From assembly GCF_009914755.1 (NCBI RefSeq), contig NC_060947.1: a DNA stretch of 64,000 nucleotides; one strand, given 5' to 3'. Made by a program: the position numbers and the translations under genes. The stretch's first letter is position 1. The number at the start of each line of letters is the position of its first letter. Below are positions 29,906 through 43,344 of the stretch, piece after piece. This DNA comes from the human T2T-CHM13v2.0 reference genome, Homo sapiens. The notes under the pieces were generated by a model. That model saw nothing but the letters and a program-made list of their open reading frames with translations. It searched no databases and had not been told where the DNA came from.

Positions 29906-32162
29906 TTTATTAGTCTGTTCTGATGCTGCTAATAAAGACACACCTAAGACTGGGTAATTTACAAAGGAAAGAGGTTTAATTGACTCACTATTCCACATGG
30001 CTGGGGAGGCCTCACAATTATGGTGGAAGGCAAAGGGGAAACAAGACATGTTTTACGTGGTGGCAGGCAAGAGAGCATGTGCAGGGGAACTCCCCTTTAT
30101 AAAACCATCAGATCTTGTGAGACTTATTCACTATCATGAGAAAAGCACAGGAAAAACATGCCCCCGTGATTCAACGACCTCCCACCAGGTCCCTCCCAGT
30201 ACACATGTGAATATGGGAGCTAAAATTCGAGATGAGATTTTGGTGAGGACAATGCCAAACCATATTATTCTGCCCCTGGCCCCTCCAAAATCTCATGTCC
30301 TTACATTTCAAAATGAATCATGCCTCCCCAACAGTCTCCCAAATTCTTAACTCATTTCAGCATTAACTCAAAAGTCCACAGTCCAAAGTCTCATCTGAGA
30401 CAAGGCAAGTGTCTTCCACCTCTGAGCCTGTGAAATCAAAACCAAATTGGTTACTTCCTAGATACAATAGGGGTACAGACATTGGGTATATAAACCCATT
30501 TCAAATGGCAGAAATTGACCAAAACAAAGGGGTTACAGGCCCCATGCCAGTCTGATGTCCAACAGGGCAGTCATTCAAACTTAAAGTTCCAAAATGATCT
30601 CCTTTGATTCCATGACTCACATCCAGCTCATGCTGATGGAAGATGTGGACTCCCACTGCCTTGGGCAGTTCCATCCTTGTGGCTTTGCAGGGCACAGCCC
30701 CGTTCCAGCTACTTTCATGGGCTGGTGTTTAGTGTCTGCCGCTTTTTCAAGTGCATGGGGCAAGCTGTCAGTGGATCTACCATTTGGGGGTCTGGAGTAC
30801 AATGGCCCTCTTCTCACAGCTCCACTGGGCAGTGTTCCATTGGGGACTCCGTGTGGAGGCTTCTACCCCACATTTCCCCTCTGCATTTCCCTAGTAGAGG
30901 TTATCCATGAGGGCTCTGCCTGGCAGCAAGCTTCTGCCTGGACATCCGGGCATTTGCATACATCCTCTGAAATCTAAGCAGAGGTTCCCAAACCTCAATT
31001 CTTGACTTCTGTGCACCTGCAGGCTCAATACCACATGTAAGCCACCAAGGCTTTGGGCTTGCAACCTCTGAAGCCACAGCCTGAGCTGTACCTTGGCCCC
31101 TTTTAGCCATGGCTAGAGCAGCTGGGACATAGGACACCTAGTCCCTAGGCTGCACACAGCAGAGGGGCCCTGGGGCCAGCCCAGGAAACCACTTTTACTC
31201 CTAGGTCTCTTGGACTTTGATGGGAGGGGCTGCCATGAAGGTCTCTGACATGCCCTGGAGATATTTTCCCTATTGTCTACTTGATTAACATTTGGCTTCC
31301 TGTTACTTACACAAATTTCTGCAGTCAGTTTGAACTTCTCCCCAGAAAATGGGTTTTTCTTTTCTGTTGCATCATTAGAGGCTGCAAATTTTCCAAACTT
31401 TTATGCTCTGCTTCTTCTTGAATGCTTTGCCACTTAGAAATATCTTACCCCACATGATCTAAATTATCTCTCTCAAGTTCAGAGTTCTACAGATCTCTAG
31501 GGCAGGGGCAACATGCTTCCAGTCCCTTTGCATAGCAAGAATGACCTTTTCTCCAGTTCCCAATAAGATCCTAATCTCCATTTGAGATCACCTCAGCCTG
31601 CACCTTATTGTCTATATCACTATTAGCATTTTAGTCAAAGCCATTCAATAAGTCTCTAGGAATTTCCAAACTTTCCCATATCTTTCTATCTTCTGAACCC
31701 TCCAAACTGTTCCAAACTCTGTCTGTTAACAGTTTCAAAGTCACTTCCACATTTTTGGATATCTTTACAGCAGTGCCCTAGTACCCAGTACCAATTTACT
31801 GTAATTATCTGTTCTCATGCTGCTAATAAAGACATACCCAAGACTGGGTAATTTATAAAGGAAATAGGTTTAATTCACTCACAGTTCCACATGGCTGAGG
31901 AAGCCTCACAATCAGGGCAAAAGGTGAAGGGGAAACAAGACACCTCTTACATGGAGGCAGACAAGGAAGTGTGTGTGCAGGGGAACTCCCCTTTATAAAA
32001 CCATCAGATCTCATGAAACTTATTCACTATCATGACAACAACATGGAAAATCCCGCCCCCATGATTCAATTATCTCCCACCGGGTTCCTCCCACAACATG
32101 TGGGAATTATGGGAGCTACAATTCAAGATGAGACTTGGGTGGGACACAGCCAAACCATATCA
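29906..32162 (-). mobile_element. Full-length THE1C-type MaLR element (3' LTR 29906-30267, internal region, 5' LTR 31800-32162), TSD CTAAT
   Basis: Two co-oriented LTRs with GCTGCTAATAAAGAC. THE1 internal sequence with PPT complement TTCTGCCCCTGGCCCC at 30268. CTAAT at 29901-29905 and 32163-32167. Confidence 0.95.
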
Positions 32163-32552
32163 CTAATGATCCTGGTGAAGTTTCAGGACTCTGTAAAGTT
32201 ATACCTTCCAAACAAACCTACCTTATCATACACCTATCTCTTCATTTTTTTTAATTGTTGCAAAATATTTTACTTATATTTTTACACTGTCTGTAGCAGT
32301 CATGTCATTGAATGCTGCTTTGTACTATGCATTGTACAGACTAGTTCTCAAAACATAAAGCTCAGTTAAAATGTCATTTCTTTATAGAGGCCTGCCTCCA
32401 TTATTATTCTAGCTCAAGTAGTCAACAGCCCATAAGTCATTATTTTATTACCTATTTTGTTTTCCTCTTTGTGCTTATCACTATCTGAAATTGCCTTATT
32501 AATGTGTTTATTATCTATTGTTTCCCACCAGAATATTAGGGCTGTGGCTATA

Positions 32553-32553
<1 letters not shown>

Positions 32554-32590
<37 letters not shown>

Positions 32591-32656
32591 ACACACACAT
32601 ATATACATATATATATATATATATGTATACACACACATATATACATATATATATAT
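32554..32656. repeat. Compound (TA)n/(CA)n microsatellite with a duplicated higher-order unit
   Basis: TATGTATACACACACATATATACATATATATAT occurs twice. Confidence 0.92.
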
Positions 32657-32713
32657 TCAGCACTAGAACATGTCTGACATACAATATGTGTTTAAGACAA
32701 GAAGCATAATTAT

Positions 32714-33013
32714 AGCCAGGTGTGGTGGCTCACACCTGTAATCCCAGTACTTTGGGAGGCCGAGGCGGACGGATCACGAGGTCAGGAGATCGAGACCATC
32801 CTGACTAACACAGTGAAACCCCCATCTCTACTAAAAATAGAAAAAAAAAATTAGCCAGGTGTGGTGGCGGGTGCCTCTAGTCCCAGCTACTCAGGAGGCT
32901 GAGGCAGGAGAATGGTGTGAACCTGGGAGGCAGAGCTTGCAGTGAACCGAGATCGCGCCACTGCACTCCAGCCTGGGCGACAGAACGAGACTCCATCTCT
33001 AAATAAATAAGTA
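32714..33013 (+). mobile_element. AluY with 14-bp TSD
   Basis: GGATCACGAGGTCAGGAGATCGAGACCATCCTGACTAACAC and GAGCTTGCAGTG. TSD AAGAAGCATAATTA at 32699-32712 and 33014-33027. Confidence 0.96.
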
Positions 33014-33924
33014 AAGAAGCATAATTACAATGAGATATGAAGTGCTCAGTATTGCATTTCACTTTGATTAAATTGTAGGCAAACCCAAATTAATACTTTG
33101 TCATTTACCTTTAGTTGCATTTATTTTTTTCTTACTCTTTGATTCTTTTTAAAAACCATAATACATTTTCATCTTCATTGTAATATAATTAGAATACAAA
33201 ATAAATCATCCATTTAATTATATATTTCAATGTACTTTGACAAATGTATACACTTGTGTAAACACCAAACCTAACATATCCCTTTGCAATCAATTGTCCC
33301 CACCTCCGTATAAGCACCAACTAATAAGATTTCCATCACCATAGGTTATTTTCGCTCCTTCTAGAACTTCATTTGTAGTATGTAATTTTTTGTTTCTTAC
33401 TTCTTTGCTCAGTTTAAGGTTTTTTAAGACTTTCATGTTATTGAAGATATTGGTGCTTTGTTGGTTTAGTGCTGAGAGGTATCACATTGCACAAATATAC
33501 CACAATTGACTGCTTCCAGTTTTGAACTATTATCAAGAAAGCTGCCATGAACATTCATATAAAAGTCTTTTGTGGATATAAGTTTTCATTTCTTTAAGTG
33601 TATAAGAGTAGCTTTTTTGAATCATACAGTAAGAATCTATAAAATATTTTCCAAAATGGCTGGACCATTTTGCATCCCACCAACAATGTATGAGGCTTTC
33701 ATTTGTTACAAATCTTCACCAACAAATAGTTTCATCAGACTTTTAAATTTTACTTTTTCTAGTGTGTGTGTAATAGTGTCTCATTGTGGTTTTGATTTAA
33801 TTTTTCTAACAAGTACAGTTGTTTACCATATTTTTGTGTGCTTATTCGTCATTCATAACTACATTTTAATATGTAAGGTATCTGTTCAAATCATTGCCTT
33901 TTAAAATACTGGGCTGTTTGTCTT

Positions 33925-34709
<785 letters not shown>

Positions 34710-34991
34710 TCTTATTATTGAGTTGTAAAAACTCTTTATATATTCTGGACACAAATCTTGTGTTGAATATATGTAATTCAAATTTTCTAGTCTGTGAATT
34801 GCCTTTTCCTAGTGTCTGGCTTGCCTCTTTATTTTCTTCATATAACTTTTTGAGGAATGAAAGTTACAAAATTGTGATGAAGTCCATTTTCTTTTTTGAT
34901 TATTGCTCTGTCCCTTGTCTAACCAATCTTTTTCAATCCCAAAGTTATAAAGATATTCTATTGCTTTCTTCCAGATATTTTTAAGTGCAGG

Positions 34992-35096
34992 TTTTTTTGA
35001 ACTTTTACTTTAAGTTCCCTTGTACATGTGCAGGTTTGTTATATAGGTAAACCCATGTCATCAGGGTTTGTTGTACAGATTATTTCATCACCCTGG
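34992..35096 (-). mobile_element. Short L1PA10-13-type 3' end
   Basis: AACTTTTACTTTAAGTTC...GTACATGTGCAGGTTTGTTATATAGGTAAAC...GTACAGATTATTTCATCACCC. Confidence 0.85.
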
Positions 35097-35152
35097 TTTT
35101 ATGTTGAGCTATATGATCCATTTTGAGTTAATGTTCCCATATGATGTGAGGT

Positions 35153-35383
35153 AGTAACCAAAAAGCCATAGACAATATATAAAGAAGTGAACATGGCTCA
35201 CATCCAATAAAACTTTATTTATGAACACTAAACTTTGAATTTCATACAAATTTCACATGTCATGAAATATTCTCTTTTTTCAGCAATTAAAAATGTAGAT
35301 GAAAAACCATTCTTAGCTCATGGGCTATACAAAAATAGATGGCAGGCTGGATTTGGCACATGGGCCACATTTTGGCAACTCCT
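35153..35383 (+). mobile_element. MER58B (hAT-Charlie MITE), partial
   Basis: GCCATAGACAATA...CCAATAAAACTTTATTTATG...GGCAGGCTGGATTTGGC...GGCAACTCCT. Confidence 0.82.
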
Positions 35384-37646
35384 ACTTTTTGCATCACATC
35401 TAAATAAGTTATAAAACCCACAATACAATCTTTTAAAACCTTTGCTTTAAATAGTCATACATATTTTAAGAAAATTAAAAGTAAAATATAATTTTTTCAC
35501 ATTTACCTACATACTTTCAATCTCTGGTGCTTGTCACTTCTGCCTAACATTCTGAATTTCCAGCTAGTATCATTAGCCTTCATCCATTAAAAAAAAAAAA
35601 AAATAGCATTTCCTATAGTACAGGTCTGATAAAAATACATTATTTTTATATTCACTTGTCTGAGTATATCTTTAGTTTGCTTTAATTTTTGAAGTACATT
35701 TTTATATGAAATTCTGGATTGAACTTTTTTCTGCTAGATATTTCTTCAAAGATATTGATCTAATGCGTTTGGGCTCTATTGTTTCTGATGACAGATCAAT
35801 AATAATTTAAATCAATTTTTATGACTATGTAATATGCCATTTTTTAGAGTTTCAAAGTTTGGTCTTTATCTTTGGTTTTTACCACTATGACTATGATGTG
35901 CATAGATGTGATTATATTAGTATTTTTTCTGCTTGGTGGTCATTGAGACTCTTTTATCTATAAATTTATGTCTTTCACTACATTTGGAAAATTTGTGTTT
36001 TCAAATATTTTTTCTGCTCTGATTTCTCTTTTTTCCACACTCTAGGTCTTCAGTTGCATGTATGTTGAATCATTTGCTAATGTTCCATATTCCCCAAGGA
36101 CCTTATTATCTTTTAAAATTGTTTCCCTTTTCTTTGTATTGAATAATTTATATTTATCTCTCTTCAGATTCACTAATCTTTTCTTCAGTCATCTGTTTGT
36201 GAGTCCATCAGTGACTTTAAAATTTGCAATATTTTGATATTTTAGTTCTAGAATTTCTATCCTATTTGGTTATTTTAAAAAATTTCTCTGCTGACACTTT
36301 TATCTTTCCAATTATTATAGGCCTATTTTACTTTGTGACCTGAGGCATATTTGTCATAGCTGCTTTGAAATTCTTCCATGATAATTGCAACATATTGGTA
36401 ATCTCAGTATTGGTCTTTATTATTTATCTTCACACACAAAATTTGGGAATCTTCCTCTGGCTCTCCTTTATATGAGACCCGTCTTCTTACTTTCCATTTG
36501 CCACGCTAATCTCAAACTCTGTATTCTATTTCTTTAAGCCAGTAAGACACTTTTATTTGACTTTTAGCCACCAAATATAGCACAGATAAAAGATGTAAAA
36601 AAAGGGAAACTCACCCAGTGCAATTATGATCTTCCAAGCTTCAACCCTCTTTGTTAACAATAATTCAAGAATCTGCATTTTCCAAAACAAATTTTGTTCT
36701 ACTAGCAAATACAATAACAAAAGAGAATTTACATTTCCAAGACTAAAATTTATTCTTTAATTATATTACACAAATGTCAGTTTTAAATAATTTTTTTACC
36801 TACGTAAAATTGTAGAGTAGAGGTAGGAAAGCTCTAATATTACTGAAAGAACAGCTTTAGCGAACTTGATTTCCAGTGTGTTACAGTCTATCAGAGACAA
36901 GGAGAATCTGGATTGCCCAAAGCCAAGATTAATAAATGCCTCTAAAAGCAAAGACCAGGTTATGTCCTGAGAATTTCTTTGCCTTGGCTTAATTAAGAGT
37001 TGAAAAATGAAGATGCTGCTTCTGTGAGTGGTTTTCCATTTAGGAAAGTATCTGAAATGCATTATTTCCAAGCTATTTTTACTCTACATTTTATAAAGTT
37101 TTAAGGCAGTTGCTAATATTTGGAGAAAATTCACACATAATGCCTATATCTAAATATAAACTTTCTATTAGACTTTAATACATATAAAGAAAGGTAATGC
37201 AGTATAATATTGAAAAAGTCTGATACTTAGCTAAACAATCATTTGAGGCTTAGAGCTTAGATGGAGGAGTATACAAGTACATTTTTCCTTCAGCATCACT
37301 CAGCTTGCATGGGTAAACAATAGCATCATCCCTAGTCTACTTATGTCAACCCATTGTGCCTCATAGAGTATAACAGATCTTAAGATTTTTGGAGCCATCC
37401 ATGATTTTCCTCTGGTTCTTTTTTATGTAAGAAGCCTCTCTTCATTGGATTTTCTTCTCAGTCACTCCTTAAGGATATCCTTTGTCTCTTGATTCCTCAG
37501 TTAGGTCTTTAAACTTGGTTATGCTTTTATTCTATTCCCCACTTCCACCCATAGACCTGAAGATAACTTTGCATAATAAATTCTGTTATATTTGGAAATG
37601 TGTCTGAGTAAGGATTTTGAGTGGTGGATAAAGAAATGATGCTTTC

Positions 37647-39584
37647 TGATGTGGCTTGGCTGTGTCCCCACCCAAATCTCATCTTGAATTGTAACTCCTG
37701 TAATCCCCACGTGTCATGGGAGGAACCTGGTAGGAGGTGATTGAATTATGGAGGTGGGTCTTTCCTGCACTGTTCTCATTATAGTGAATGAGTCTCACAA
37801 GATCTGATGGTTTTAAAAAGGGAGTTTCTCTGCACAAGCTCTTTGTGCCTGCCGCCAACCAAGTAAGATGTGACTTGCTCCCCCTTGCCTTCTGCCATGA
37901 TTGTGAGGCTTCCCAAGCCACATGGAACTGTGAGTTCTCCATTAAACCTCTTTCCTTTGTAAATTGCCCAGTCTTTGCTATGTCTTTATCAGCAGCATGA
38001 AAACAGATTAATACAGTAAATTCGTAAAAGTAGAGTTGGGCACTACTATAGATACCTGAAAATGTGGAAATGACTTTGGAACTGGGTAACAGGCAGGGGT
38101 TGGAACAGTTTGGAGAGCTCAGAAGAAGGCAGGAAAATGTGGGGAAGTTTGGAACTCCCTAAACACTTGTTGAATGGCTTTGACCAAAATGTTGATAATG
38201 ATATGGACAATGAAATTCAGGCTGAAGTGGTCTTAGATGGAGATAAGGAACTTCTTGGGAACTGGAGATGACTCTTGTTATGTTTTAGCATGTTAAAAGC
38301 ATCCAGTTTTATAAAGGAAGAAGAGCATAAGAGTTCAAAAAATTTGCAGCCTGGCAATGTGATAGAAAAGAAAAACCCATTTTCTGAGAAGAAATTTAAG
38401 GCAGCTGCAGAGATTTGCATAAATAAAGAGGGGCCAAATGTTAATTCTCAAGACAATGGTGCCCTGTGTTCCAGCCACTCCAGCCATGACTAAAAGGTGC
38501 CAAGGTACAGCTGAGGCTGTGGCTTCAGAGGGTGCAAGCCCCAAGTCTCAGCAGCTTCCACATGTTGTTGAGCCTGCAGGTGCAAAGAAGTCAAGAATTG
38601 AGGTTTGGGAACCTCCACCTAGATTTCAGAGGATGTATGGAAGTGACTGGATGTTCAGGCAGGAGTTTGTTGCACGGGCGGGGCCTTCATGAAGAACCTC
38701 TGCTAGGGCAGTGCAGAAAGGAAATGTTGGGTCAGAGCCCCCACACAGAGTCCTTACCTGAGCACCACTTAGTGGAGCTGTGAGAAGAGGGCTGCCGACC
38801 TCCAGACCCGAGAATGGTGGATCCACCGACAGCCCGCACCGTGCACTCAGAAAAGCCTCAGACACTTAACACCAGTCCGTGAAAGCAGCCAGGATGGAGG
38901 CTTTAACCTGCAAAGCCACAGGGATGGAGCTGCCCAAGACCATGGGAAACCACCTCTTGCATCAGCACGAACCGAATATGAGATATGGAGTTAAAGGAAA
39001 TCATTTTGGATGTTTAAGATTTGACTGCCCCACTGGATTTTGGGCCTGCATGATGCCTTTAGCCTGTTCATTTTGGCCAATTTCTCCCATTTGGAATGGC
39101 TGTCTTTACCCAATACTTGTACCCCCATTGTATTTAGGAAGTAACTAACTTGCTTTTGATTTTACAGGCTCATGAGCGGAAGGGACTTGCCTTGTCTCAT
39201 ATGAGACTCTGAACTGTGGACTTTTGAGTTAATGCTGAAATGAATTAAGACTTTGGGGGACTGTTGGGAAAGCATGATTGGTTTTGAAATGTGAGCATTG
39301 AGATTTGGGAGGGGCCAGGGGCTAAATGATATGGTTTAGCTGTGTCCCCACCCAAATGTCATCTTGAATTGTAGCACGAGATCTGATGATTTTATAAAGA
39401 AGAGTTTTCCCGCACAAGTTATCTTCTCTTGTCTGCCGCCATGTAAAATGTGACTTTCACCTACCACCATGATTGTGAGGCCTCCCCAACCATGCATAAC
39501 TGTGAGTCCATTGCACCCCTTTCTTTTGTACATTGCCCAGTCTCAGGTATGTCTTTATCAGCAGCATGAGAACAGACTAATACA
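37647..39584 (+). mobile_element. THE1A/B-type MaLR element (LTR 37647-38015, internally deleted internal region, deleted LTR 39327-39584) with non-matching flanks
   Basis: TG...CA LTRs and THE1 internal sequence. PPT GGGGCCAGGGG before 39327. Flanks are CTTTC versus CACAG. Confidence 0.95.
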
Positions 39585-39589
39585 CACAG

Positions 39590-39830
39590 TTTACTTAGTT
39601 TATGTTGGGCAGTTTACTTCCTTGAGGAATTCCTTTTCCTGTTATAGCAAAATATTTACCTGAGTCCCCAACCCCAACTAAGACAGAGTGACTTCTCAGT
39701 GTCCACTAAAATTTCCAGTACACTTAGCCCTTACAGTAGTTTTTGAGAGCAAAACTCTATTTCTATCTCTAGCCCTAAAACGTTCATTATATGCCAACAC
39801 AAAAGAAATATATTCAAGTTTTCACTATCC
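39590..39830 (+). mobile_element. Very decayed L2-like fragment
   Basis: Weak similarity to the L2 3' region (TTACTTCCTTGAGGAATTCC...TTTGAGAGCAAAACTCT). Confidence 0.35.
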
Positions 39831-39869
39831 TGGATATGATTCAACAACAAATTAATCAAGTATTCAATC

Positions 39870-40020
39870 ATTTTTCTTTCAATAGTCACTTATTGAGTAC
39901 CTACCATGTATCAGACACTGTATTAACCAATGGGGATTCTAGAGTAAGCAAATAAATAAGGCCTTTCCCAAATGGCCCCATCCAGAAGAAATCCAGTGGA
40001 TAGAAATGAATTTACACTCA
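39870..40020 (-). mobile_element. L2 3' end fragment
   Basis: TTCAATAGTCACTTATTGAGTACCTACCATGTATCAGACACTGT...TGGGGATT. Confidence 0.7.
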
Positions 40021-40103
40021 ATAAGATCAGATAGGACTAACAGTACTAGCTATTTGAAAACACAATGATAGGGTAATAAGTGTTTGGATATCTACTTTCT
40101 GTA

Positions 40104-40305
40104 CCAAAGATTCTTAAGCTTCTGAATGCATAAGAATTACAAGAGAAATTGTTTGAAATGCAAATAAAATTTTTTGAAATGCATATTCTTTGGACTCACT
40201 TTCAGAAATTTTTATTCTTTGTTTGGGGTGGGCCAATAATATTTATATTTACAAGCACTCGAAGTGATTCTGATGCAGTTGCCTACAGTTTAGGAAAATA
40301 AACTA
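40104..40305. mobile_element. MER5A-like hAT MITE
   Basis: ATTCTTAAGCTT...TGCATAAGAATTAC...GGGGTGGGCC...TTACAAGCACTC...GTGATTCTGATGCAG. Confidence 0.65.
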
Positions 40306-40362
40306 CCCCCATAGACTCTGTCAAGCAAAAGGCTATTTAATTCTCAGTGTCTTTCACCAGGA

Positions 40363-40666
40363 TTTTTTTTTTTTTTTGAGATAGGGTCTTGCTCTGTCAC
40401 TCAGGCTAAAGTGCAGTGGTGACAACATGGCTCACTGCAGCCTTGACCTCCTGGGCTAAAGCGATTATCCTGCTTCAGCATCCTGAGACACACGTAGCTG
40501 AGACTACAGACGTGCATCACCAAGCCCAGCTAGTTTTTATATTTTTTGTAGAGACTAGGTTTCACCATGTTGCCTAAGCTGGTCTCAAAGTCCTGGGCTC
40601 ATGCCATCTGCCTGCCTTGACCTCCCAAAGTGCTGGGACTACAGGTGTGAGCCACCACGCCCGGCT
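40363..40666 (-). mobile_element. AluJ
   Basis: GATAGGGTCTTGCTCTG...CATGGCTCACTGCAGCCTTGACCTCCTGGGCT and TCCTGGGCTCA. Confidence 0.93.
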
Positions 40667-40689
40667 TACAATTTTGAACTTTAGTTTTC

Positions 40690-42400
40690 TGCTGGGAGTG
40701 GAAAATGGGTATAGAGAGCTACAAAGAGCTTCACTTTTAATTTTATGACAAAGCAATGCCCGAAAAACAGCAAGTTCACAACTTTTCTTTAATCCATCAA
40801 GTGCTAAAGTTGCAGGGCAACAAACTGACTTGAAGACAAAATAGAGATGAGAACTGCAGAGACAGACAGAGCAATGATTCCCTGGAGCAAGATGCAGTCC
40901 CAAATCACTAAGAGTTTATCTAAGGTGACTGGCAAAGTATAGGTGAAGACTTCCCAAGTGAAAACCCCTGGTGACTCAAATCTAGAAGTGCACACCCTCT
41001 TGCAGGCTTCTTCTCCACTTTCCCACTGGAGATTTGCTGAAAAGATTAGGAGAGTCCTGAGAAAGTTGCCCTCGTGGTCCAGAAATGAGGAAGGGCTGCA
41101 GCCACTGAAGGAGAGGCAAAAAACTTCCTGGGGACCTTTCTCTCCATAAGTCCTAAGGAACAAAAGCCCTAATCTGCATGGAGTAGGGGTGGGGAAGGGC
41201 AAGAAATGCTGTTGCCTTAGGGCAGTAGTGAAAACTCAATGCACCTAGAAGAATGAAACAAGAAAAAAATAACTTTCTACCACTAGGGTAGGGGGCAAAA
41301 TGCATACTGAATTTAGAATTATAGTCTTATGAGAGGCAGTAACATAGAGAAAGCCACACTGTTCAAATCTAGGAAAGGGCTACTAGCACAAGACTGAAGT
41401 TTAATCAGAACAGAGAACATCTCCCAGCCTCCACTGTGAGGCTAAGAAGGGTGGAGTAACTTGTAATTTGCAAGAGAGATTCTTTCTGAGGCGCAGCACA
41501 AAGGAAAGACCAAAGGTTCTAAGGGGATTGCTTACAGGACCCACCATGGATATGAAAATTCAGATGCTCAAGTCCCTTATATAAAATGGCCTAGTATTTG
41601 CATATAGCCTAAACATACCCTTCTATATAATTTAAATTATCTCTAGATTTCTTATAATACCTAATACAATGTAAATTCTATGTAAATAGTTGTTATACTG
41701 TATTTTTCAAATTTATATTCTTTTTTATTTTTTTTAATATTTTTTATCTGCACTTGATTGAATCCAGATGTGGAACCTGTGGATAGAGAGGGCTGACTGT
41801 ATATTGATAAAATCCCTCTGAAAAATCAGCTCCCATCCTAAACACAAGTTATCACCAAATGCATTTAAAGCCTGTGTTATACCGAGAGTAACCATAGCAA
41901 CAACAAACTTCAGTCCCAGCCCAATACCTAATTAGATTAACTGGAACCCCTGAATTAGAAGCCTACCGAAATGAAAGGCATGCACATTTCCAGGCGTAAA
42001 TATTACTTACTTCAGTTTCTACTGTCCTCTACAAGATGTTTGGCTTAAAGAAAAACACTAAGCTTAAGAAATGGCAAGAAAAGCAATACACTCCCAAGAG
42101 ACATGAAAGCATCACAACCAGACACAGACATGACACACGTATTGTAACTGACAAAAAGTTTAAAATAGCTATGATTGATGTATTGAAAGCAAAAATTTGG
42201 AAAACTAGTAAGACCAGATAGGTCATTTCAGCAGGAGATGGAAACTCAGAATCAAAAGGAAATGCTAGAAATAAAAAACACTGTTACAGAAATGAGGAAT
42301 GTCTTCAATGGACTTATCTGTAGACTTGACAATGGCCTAGAAATGAAACACTGAGCTTGAAGATGGTCTATAGAAAAAAAAAGAGTGAAAACAGAACAAA
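40690..42400 (+). mobile_element. Old L1M 5'UTR/ORF1-start remnant
   Basis: TTTAAAATAGCTATGATTGATGTATT, GAAATGCTAGAAATAAAAAACACTGTTACAGAAATGAGGAATG...GGACTTATCTGTAGACTTGACA (ORF1 coiled-coil region). Confidence 0.7.
41522..41799 (+). mobile_element. MER2/MER2B, left TIR missing
   Basis: GGGGATTG...CAGGACCC...GATGCTCAAGTCCCTTATATAAAATGG...GGATAGAGAGGGCTGACTG followed by TA. Confidence 0.88.
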
Positions 42401-42404
42401 TTCT

Positions 42405-42670
42405 GACATGAGGAGATGATCCTGGATTATCTGGATAGGCTCTGTATGCAATCAAAAGATCCTTATAAGTAAAAAAGGAAGATGGGAGGGTCAGAGTCAC
42501 ATAGAGATTTGAAGACGCTACACTACTGGTTTTGAAAATGGAGGGAGGGGCCGTGAGCCAAGGAATGTCGATGGTCTCTAAAAGCTGGAAAAGGCAAGGA
42601 AAAGGATTCTCTCCTAGAGATTCCAGGAGTCCTGTTGGCATCCTGATTTTAGCTCAATATAAACCCAGTA
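42405..42670 (+). mobile_element. MLT1D fragment
   Basis: GGAGATGATCCTGGATTATCTGG...GAGCCAAGGAATG...AAGCTGGAAAAGGCAAGGAAA. Confidence 0.82.
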
Positions 42671-42855
42671 CTCTCTGCTATACTAACACTATTGGCTTGG
42701 AAAGAGCATCTCAGAATTAACTGCAATTTGGTGTTCACTCACATCCTAAAATAAATCCTGTCCATATTTCAACCACTGTTCAAAGACCCATTTAAGGCTC
42801 ACATCCTCTAAAAAGCCTTCTGCAGTCTTTTTCAGTATTTTACTGTGTAGTTGAT

Positions 42856-43344
42856 ATGGTAGGCAGAATAATGCTCTCATCCTAAAGCCCAAAAAATGTG
42901 AATATTTTAGGTTACATGGCAAAGGGGAATTAACATTGTAGAGAGAATCATGGCTGATAATCAGCTGACATTAGAATAGGGAGTTTAGCCTGGATTATTT
43001 GAGTGGGTCCAAAGTAATTACAAGAGTCCTAAAAGTGGAAGATGAGGTCAGTGGAAGATGTGACTATGGAAGAAATGCATAGAGAGATGGCTTGGAAGAT
43101 GGAGGATAGTGTCCATGAGCCAAGGAGTGTGGACAACCTCCGGAACCTAGAAAAGGCAAAAAAAAAAAAAAAAAAAAAAAAAAGTCCTCTGGAGCCAGAA
43201 AGGGAAGCAGCCAACACCTTTATTTTAGCCCAGTGAGACCTGTGTTGGAATGCTAACCTACAGAACTATAAGATAATAATTTTTGCTGTTTTAAGCCACT
43301 AAATTTGTGGTGATTTGTTATGGCAGCAATAGCAAACTAATGCA
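42856..43344 (+). mobile_element. MLT1D/E-type solo LTR with an internal poly(A) run
   Basis: TATGGTAGGCAGAATAATG...GTTACATGGCAAAGGGGAATT...TTTTAAGCCACTAAATTTGTGG...GCAGCAATAGCAAACTAATGCA. Confidence 0.88.

Noticed and set aside
29997-32369. Cluster of 64-132 aa ORFs, with similar ones at 37.5-39.7 kb
   Set aside because: They lie in THE1 LTR/internal sequence. Chance or decayed frames, with no intact gag/pol.
43157-43183. Poly(A) run inside MLT1D as a possible retro-insertion
   Set aside because: No element body or clear TSD. Likely expansion of a native A-rich spot.
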